Origin: Azolla caroliniana
Taxonomy: Eukaryota > Plantae > Polypodiophyta
Length of the DNA stretch: 64,000 bases
NCBI GenBank assembly: GCA_043228905.1
Contig: JBHGNT010000014.1
Coordinates: forward strand, 9,672,001-9,736,000
Reading direction: 5' to 3'
Notes under the pieces: generated by a model
The model's input: the letters and a program-made list of their open reading frames with translations, nothing else
Told to the model about the DNA's origin: nothing
The model's database searches: none
Shown here: positions 49,526-64,000 of the stretch, in pieces
How the letters are laid out: every line of letters begins with the position of its first letter
Position numbering within the stretch: position 1 is the stretch's first letter
Made by a program: the position numbers and the translations under genes

Positions 49526-51680
49526 TGTAAAAGTTAATATGCAGAAGCTTATGACAAACCGGTTCAGCCGGATAGCAACAAAGAGAGTACAGGTTTAATG
49601 GAAACCTTACAAGACACAGATAGAGAGTGGGAAAGACAAAGAGAGCAGAATAGCAAAAACTATATTAAAAAATAATACTTTCTAACACTTTGTACATAGA
49701 ATGTGCTCAAAGAGCACTTTTATACAAGTCCTTATACAGACTGACAGAAGTACTGACAAGTACTTCAATGCTCATACGAGCGACTGACACTGACTCCAAG
49801 GAATCTGCCTATGTACTAGGCTAGATTCATAGGCCTCTAACAGCCTACCGGTTACAGTCTAATCCGGCTCCTTTTTCCCGATACCATCCGAACACTGATC
49901 GAGTTCTCCGTTCGGGATACCAATCCGGCTCTAGCTTATTTAGCCGATCCGGATCCGGTTGAGCTTGCTCGCTCAACACTCCTCCTCAAGCTCAACTTGA
50001 GGTTGGATCATGGTGTTAGTGTCTGGGGCGGCCAGTTCTTTCGTCCGGCTCCTTCTGGCGCCCTCCCGCCTCGCTCACACTCACGCTCCTCGTCCAGTCC
50101 GGTTCCTCCTTTTGTGACCCATTCGGTTCTAAACTCCTCGACCTCCTCGGTCGGCTTGTCTACTCAACAGGCCCATCTCAGCTCCTTCACTATTGCGACT
50201 TCGACGCTTCTTGACCTGTCGGTTCCTCCGTGTCGGTGTCGACTTCCACTGCCTTCTTGTCTGTTTGGCCTCTAGTTGATTCGGCTCCTCTAAATCAAAC
50301 TCCTCTAGTGAATCGGTTGCCTCCAATTCGTTCGATGTCTTGTCCGAATTAGTTGTCTCCAATTCGTCCTCTTCCAGGCCCTTGACCACATTTGCCCATG
50401 TCTTGGTCTTGGCCTTTCCAGCTTTGCCTCCCCCTTTTTCGGTTGGCTTCGGCTTAGGCTCTCCATTCTGGTGGCTCCCCCTACGTCTGGTCTCGGCTTC
50501 TTCAGTCGTCTTGTGCACTCCGACTTCTTCAGTCAGGCTGAAGTCAAAATCGGTTTCTAACTCGGCTTTTTGGTCGTCTTTCTCATCCCTCCTTTCGTTC
50601 CTCCCCCTCAGGTTCGGCATATCAAGATATTGCACACCTAGTGCACCGAAAACATGTCGTAACTTGTCTAAGCCTAGGGGTTTGGTGAAGATATCGACCA
50701 CCTGCCGATACGTTAGAACATACACAAGTTCCACTTCACCGGAGAGAACGCGCTCTCGGACAAAATGATAGTGCACCTCAATGTGCTTAGTCCGGGCAAG
50801 AAAGACGGGGTTCTTATCCAACTGGATGTTACCGAGGTTATTGCAATAGATCACCGTCGGATCGGATACCTCCACTTGCAAATCCTTTAGGACCATCTTG
50901 AGCCATATGGCTTCGCATGTCGCGACAGCTGCTCCTTAGTACTCGGTCTCAGTGCTCGACAGTGCAACTGCCGGTTGCTTCTTACTACTCCAGGCGACCG
51001 CTGCGCTTCCAAGTGAACCTGAGCTACAACTTCTTGGGCATTGTGCTCGTGGTAAAAATCCATTTGAGATTCACCCACGCATCTTTTGGCGTCTTGACAT
51101 CCCGAATATAGCTCAATAGTTGGTCGCTCACACATGATGCAAAGCAATACATAACTCTATTTGCCGCTAGTTCCCAGGCTAGGAAGTCTTTGTGTGTCGA
51201 CTTCGGTGCTACATCGTTATCTCCTTCGACATAACTCCAGTATTCGTGCCCCAGTAGATACTGGTGCATCTTGTACGACCAAGATGCGTAGTTGTTCCTA
51301 TCGAGCTTTTCTATCAGAAGTGAGCTTCCCATTCCTTTGTCAATGTTCCTATCTTTCCTTCTCTAGAAGACGAAAGCTTGTCTCTATGCTTGTTCGCATG
51401 TTGATTGCAGAGGATTCTTCTAAACCTCGTGCTCTAATACCATGTAAAAGATTGTGTGTGTGGAAGCTTTATGTGCAAACACAGCCAGCTCGGCTAGACA
51501 ACAGAGATAGAAGAAATAGTTAGGTAAACACAGAGAATGTGAGAGAGAGACAAACAAATAGAGTAAGCAGACAACAAAAACTTCTACTATCAAAATAATA
51601 CCTAGTGTGTGTGTACAACGTGCTCATAGAGCACTTTTTATACAAGCCTTGACGAGTGGGTTGACACAAGCATTATCAAT
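49526..51680 (-). mobile_element. Internally deleted family-B Copia (gag start joined to RNaseH plus extension)
   Basis: PBS TGGTATTAGAGC at 51431-51442(-). Gag ORF 51024-51332. RNaseH ORF 50129-50896. 3' LTR 49526-49978. Truncated 5' LTR from 51443. Confidence 0.85.
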
Positions 51681-51681
51681 A

Positions 51682-54177
51682 ACACACATATGAGCTGACG
51701 GAGTTGCTGAAAGGAAAGAGGGTACTCCGGAATAAGTGGGTGTACAAGCTGAAACTGGGAGATGGTAGAAATTCACCCTGATACAAAGCGCAAATTGTCG
51801 TGAAGGGCTTTCAACAAAAGCAAGGAGTGGATTTCGATGAGATATTTGCCCCATTCGTGAAGATAACATCCATCCGAACAATGTTGAGCATAGCGGCTAG
51901 CATGGACCTTGAAGTCGAACAATTGGATGTCAAGACAGAGTTCCTGCATGGAGATCTCGAAGAAGAGATGCATATGAAACAACTAGAAGGATTTTTCAAG
52001 AAGGGAAAGGAGAATCTGGTGTGCCGATTGAGGAAGAGCCTTTATGGACTTAAGTAGGCTCCTCGATAGTGGTACCAACTGTTTGAATCCTTCATGGTAG
52101 AACACGAATTCCACAAGACGCAAGCCGACCACTACGTGTTTGTGAAGAGATATGAAGGAGGATACTTCCTTATCCTTCTAGTGTACGTCGACGACATGTT
52201 GATTGTCGGACAAGAACTAAATAAAATTGGAAGCTTGAAGAAGGCTTTGAGCAGGTCATTCTCAATGAAGGATATGGGTCCAGCAAGGCAGATCCTGGGA
52301 ATGCACATTGTCCCGGATTACACAAAGAGGTTATTGTGGTTGTCACAGGAGAAGTACATGACAAAGGTTCTCTAGAGATTTTGCATGGACAACACGAAAT
52401 CGGCCGGTTCGATGCTGCCGACCAATAGCAAGCTATCCGGAAGACAAAGTTCGAAGACAAAGACAGAAACGGCTGAGATGATGAAGATACCCTATACCTC
52501 ATCAGTAAGAAGCCTGATGTACGCGATGATATGTACTAGGCTAGATATCGGATACGTTGTCGGAGTCGTCAGCGGATTCATGAGCAATCCGAGCAAATAA
52601 CATTGGTTTGTAGTCAAATGGATACTTCGGTACCTTAGAGGGACCTTGAGCGTATGCCTCTGATTCGGCTCACGCAAACCCATACTAGAAGGCTTCACTT
52701 ACTCAGACATGTCGGCTGATGTTGATACCAGTCGGTCCACGTCTGAATATGTGATGACATATGCAGGGGGAGCCGTCTCATGGCAGTTGAGGCCGTAGAC
52801 GCCCGTGGCTTTGTCGACCACGGAAGCGAAGTACATGGCCGCAACGAAAGCTGGCAAGGAGATAATCTGGATAAAGAAGTTTATCATAGAGTTAGGGATT
52901 CAGCAAGAAGGATTCTGACTCTACTGCAACAACCAAAGTGTCATCCACCTTGCGAAGAATGTCGCCTACCACTCAAGGACCAAACACATTCACAAGAGAT
53001 ACCATTGGCTCCGGGAGTAGGTAGAAAAAAAGGAGTATGCTCTGATGAAGATCCACACAACTGAGAACGGATCGGATATGTTGACGAAGGTGTTGTCGGC
53101 AGAGAAGCTGGACACATGCTGAAGACGGGTCAGATTGATGAAGCATCCCATGCCAGAGTGAAGGGGGGGTTTGTTGGGAAAACATGTCCCTCTGAATGGG
53201 AAGGAGAGCACGAGCTGGATCAATTGGATTCGAAGGAAGAGAAAGACTGAATCCGAATCCCAAAAGGTATCTGGAAAAGGACACATATGTAAATAGGTTT
53301 CTCTTTGTATTGTGCCTATTTAGGTCAAATTTGTAAATAGTCCTAAGTTGTAGAAGTATAAAGATAACTAGGACAAAACTTTATGTTGTGACATAGAGAG
53401 ACTGTGTGATATAGTGTAATTGTGCGTGCATGCGTGTGTGTGTGTGTGTCTGTGAGAGAGAGAGAGAGAGAGAGAGAAGTGTGGCATCTCTGTTAACAAT
53501 CGGTAACAGTTCGGTTTGAACCGAACAGAACCGCGAAACCGCAGATTAACGGTTTAAACAATTTGGTTTGGTTTGGTTCAGGTTCAGGTTTTTTTTAACA
53601 GTTTGGTTCAGTTTCGGTTTTAGTTTGGTTTCAACAGTTAGAAATCGCAGTTTAAATGGTTTTTTATTTTTTATTTTATTTTTAAATTTTAAAAGATTGT
53701 TTTTAAATAATATTTTCATTTTCATGCCTTATTCTCACATTTTAGGAAAATCTTTAAAATTTTGAAATTTTAAATAATGAAATTTTTTAGATTTTTAAAT
53801 TTTAAATTTTGACCTAAGCTAAAAACCAATACCAAACCACGAAACCGCAGTTTTACTAGTTTAATGGCTTAACGATTTGAAATTTTTTTAATGGTTTGGT
53901 TTTGACCCTCTCAAACCGAACCATTGTTGATTGTTAATCTCTGTTGTAACTGCATGCAGATGAAGAAGACGAGCTCGAGGTTGCTACCTACGAGGCTCAC
54001 TATATACCTTTCATATAGTGAGCAGTTAGGAGTCAGCGAACTCCCATGGTTTTCCCCATTTAGGGTTTCCACGTTAATATCCGGTGTTGTCTTGTCTCTG
54101 AGCGAGTGAGTGCAATATTTTGTTTTTCTTTATTTTGTGTTTGAACCTTGGTTGTGACCGATGACCCTTTTTTACAT
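51682..54177 (+). mobile_element. Ty1/Copia D2 fragment (RT-RNaseH, PPT, 3' LTR 53172 to about 54177)
   Basis: LLVYVDDMLI; close to D1 23066-24370. PPT GAGTGAAGGGGGGG precedes TGTTGGGAAAAC. Confidence 0.87.
53494..53936. mobile_element. hAT-type MITE inserted in the D2 LTR
   Basis: 8-bp TSD ATCTCTGT (53486-53493 / 53937-53944). TIR TAACAATC...GATTGTTA. Subterminal AAACCG/CGGTTT motifs and an AT-rich core. Confidence 0.88.
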
Positions 54178-54179
54178 CA

Positions 54180-55050
54180 TGAACTTGCCTGGGAGCCTTA
54201 GGTTTGGCTATAAATATGTGGCCTACCTACCCTCATTAGGACATTATTTTGACTACGTCAAGATTGTGCTCGTGTGATAAACAAACTCTTGTTGCGAGCA
54301 CGCTAGTACCAAGTATGACTCGATGCCATGGCGGTGGTATGGGACATTGATCAAGGCTCGAGTCCGTCTCAATCCCTTCACTCGGGGGTGGTTGGGTGGA
54401 TTGGCACGCTTCTCTCTCTCTCTACCCATCTTATATTTCCTTATTTCATGCTTACATTAGGATTAAGCTCTAACAATGTGTTTCACACAATGCTCTTGGA
54501 CCCTTACCACCCATCTTCTCTTCTTGAGTGCCAACTTGTCACGCCCCCATCAGGTGTTCTTGAAGATGGGGAGGATTTTGAGGTAGAGAAGTTCCTAGAC
54601 TTGAGCAATCTTGCTCCACCTAGAAGTTAATGATCAAGGAGAGAATAATGTAATGGCCAACGTGATACGAGATGAACATGTAATAGTTTATGTGTGCTAC
54701 TTTATGCATATATGATGTCAAAAGATTGGTCACAAGGTGACTTGTATACATGTCTTCCATAGAGAAGTGCAAGGTGGCACACATTCATGTCCTGACTCTT
54801 ACCTTTTGCATACTTGGTTGTATAAATATGGGCTTCCCACCCTAGTTGTTCTCACGGAGTTCAACACCAATTATTGGGTGTATTGAATATTATCTAGTCT
54901 TATCTTCCTCTTCATTTCTCTTTCTCTTTCTTTCTTCTTTCTCATACCACTTGTTCACTAATCTTGCATGTTCACTTGCTCACTTGTCTCACTCATTCGC
55001 TTGTCTTGCTCACTCGCTAATTCTTTGATCATTCTCTTACATATGTGACA
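54180..55050 (+). mobile_element. Chromovirus debris: partial LTR (to about 54475), chromodomain fragment, another LTR-like segment
   Basis: TATAAATATGTGGCCTACC..CCTCAT..GACATT resembles the 2691-3163 LTR. VFH..LLDPY...EDFEVEKFLD is chromodomain-like. Confidence 0.6.
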
Positions 55051-56086
55051 ACGAAACCTAGTTCAATCAAATCTTCATTGAGATATATTTGATGACACAC
55101 ATAATGTATAAGCAATAAATCATTTACATAATTTTGAAGATCTTGTCAAAATCAATCCATCAATGCCCATGGGATAACACATGCAATAAAACAAAAATTT
55201 GTGGTCTACACTAATGTAAGTCAATCTCCTTCTTGTAATCTTTAGATAATGTTGATTGCTATTTTAACACTATATATATATCCAAATCATGCTTGAAACT
55301 CATGGTTAAAGCCATCACAAACCGTAATTAGTGTTGTCATTGTTAATCTACCAATCCAACTTGAGCAACGCCGGTTGGATATTGAGTAAGGTGCATTTGA
55401 ATTACAAGGAGCCCGTGATTAAAATAAATCACCAAAATTGTGACCTAGTACCATACAAATTCACGAGGGAATGAATGGGAAGCCCCATGACAAAACAAAT
55501 TGAGTTCTATTATGAAGCGATCTTGCACAAAAATACATGGACTTCATGTTCCTAAAATACATTTCGATAACCAATAAAAAGATACATATACATATTTTAG
55601 TTACTAGAGTCTACCCTCCAAAATGTACAAAATATAAGAAGATACTTACATACACACGCAACATCTTCTTCTATTGGGCCGAGCTGAGGGTGGAGTGACC
55701 AATGTTGTATGTGGTCGGCAACAACTCGACTCAACCCTAAACCGAAGCTGTTAAATAGTTTTTAAACGGTTTGGTTCAATTCAATCTGAGTTTCCTTAAG
55801 CCGAACCAAACCATTTTGAGCTAAACCGGTCCCCAAACCAGTTAAGGATAAACCAGGTCTTAAACCGGTTCTTAGGCCTAACTGCTTTAGGAGATGGGTC
55901 GGTTCAAGTTTGAAAACTCCCAAGCTGATTAAGGCTTAACCAGTTTGGTTTGGACAATTCCCCAAGCTATAATGTACATAATGAATGTTCTCAAAAGTCA
56001 TGGAGAAATGGGAATCAGGGTTTTAAAGCACGCCTTCCTCCGCTGTCTGATGCAGAATTAGGGTTTGGCAGAGAACGAGGCGAGCA

Positions 56087-62514
<6,428 letters not shown>

Positions 62515-63149
62515 AGCACAATCTAGGTGAAAAGCAGATCTAAGTGTTGCTGATCACATACTATTTGGATTCTTATTAAGTGTGCATTGTAGCTTTTGTT
62601 ATTTTCTGTATCATATCTTTATTCTCGCAAAAGAAGAATGTATAGTCATGCATATACCATGCTGGATGGTATTATGAATGGAATATAATACAGAAAAGGA
62701 AAGATTGCTTCCTTATTAAGAATGTTACTTACACACGTAGTGTATGCTATGCAGAACCAAAGTAGCCTAAAAAGAAGGAAAGAAGTATAAAAAGAATCAA
62801 ACCGGTAAAGTTTTTAAAGCTCTTTTGAACTAATCTTAGCTTTCACATAGGAATGAATGGAATGTACAATGGAATGATATCTTAATCTGAATATGATTGT
62901 CGGATTTGATTTCATGAAACGATCATAGTCCATCTCATGATACAAGTTAAAAGAAAACAATGGGAACTGTTGCTAGTGTTCAGGCTTTTAAGTGTGATAA
63001 ATTGCTACACTCCCTCCCTCCCTCCCTCCCGCCCTCCCTCGCTCTTCTCTCAATGGACACTAAAAAATATCTGTCTTGCATAAGATCATCTTGTTTGATC
63101 TTGTCAAATTTAAAGCCAATGAGGACATTATTTTCGTTGGTGCCATGAA

Positions 63150-64000
63150 TACTCATACAAGAAGTTTATAACTTGATGCACAACAATCTTTCATACCACA
63201 TATCTTAGGAATATAGAAGGATATACAAAGTTAGAGACATTCTTTTATTGATGAAAAAGATTCAAATCTTGGGATGTTATTCCTACAAATGTGCAAACAT
63301 ATCAATATGCTAATTGCAAACGGTATATCCTTATGGCTCAATAGTAATGGTTTTACATACAAAATTCACAATGAAATAGTGTGATTTCAATTATAGGACT
63401 TTATCTATTGACTTCAAACATACGAATAGGGTTGATTGTGAAAAGGGGATTGAAGATAATAAACAATCAAATTTGAGCATGGACCTTCTATGTATTCCAA
63501 GATAGTTAATGATATGTTACAAATGACAAAGATCCAACATGGTGCTACACTAGAATACAAATGGGAAGTTTTGAAGAAAGTCATTTCCTCGTGAACAAAC
63601 AAATGTTTTTCGACCAAACATACATCTTGGAAACACATCAAGAAATGTACTTCAAAGAAAAAATGATTTGATAAAGAATTTCATGAAGCTTAAATGTATC
63701 TACCAAGCATATATCTTGGAAACACATCAAGAAATGTAGTTCAAGAAAAAATGGTTTGATAAAGAATGTCATCAAGCTTAAATATGCTTGATAGGTTTGG
63801 ATATGGTGAAGGATAAAGGAACTTATCAAAAGCATTTGCATGTGTATAAAAGGCTTACTCAAAGAAAGAGAAGAATATGGAAACTTACTCAACAAATTCT
63901 CCAAACATAAGAAAAAGTACACACATGCATGCTAATTTTGGGGGAATCTTAAAGGAGACATATTGAGATTTATGGTTACTTAACTCTTACGGTCTTCTTT
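63150..64000 (+). mobile_element. Decayed RTE-X-like LINE ORF2 fragment with an internal tandem duplication
   Basis: Aligns with about 26550-27380 (e.g. GATATGTTACAAATGACAAAGAT.CAACATGGTGC). CATCTTGGAAACACATCAAGAAATGTA is duplicated at about 63623 and about 63713. Confidence 0.88.

Overview
Eukaryotic, plant-type genomic DNA, probably from a non-seed land plant such as a fern or lycophyte (inferred from the element types, not proven). About 45 kb is a deeply nested cluster of mostly decayed retroelements: Ty3/Gypsy chromovirus fragments, two non-chromovirus (Athila/Tat-like) Ty3/Gypsy elements with an extra 3' ORF, three Ty1/Copia families, an RTE-X-like LINE, a hAT-type MITE and a tRNA-like SINE candidate. 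Three host genes are present: a profilin-like gene with an atypical first exon, an intact 6-exon annexin, and a 5-exon ecdysoneless/SGT1 homolog. Two observations stand out. (1) Both non-chromovirus Gypsy elements lack a polypurine tract. Exactly 2 nt upstream of the 3' LTR they carry a sequence resembling a tRNA 3' end and ending in CCA, i.e. a second, inverted primer-binding site. This suggests tRNA-primed plus-strand synthesis. (2) The intron-containing profilin and annexin genes lie inside one TSD-flanked Gypsy element, in place of its RT-RNaseH-integrase region. All coordinates were read by hand and all family assignments come from motif recognition, not database searches.
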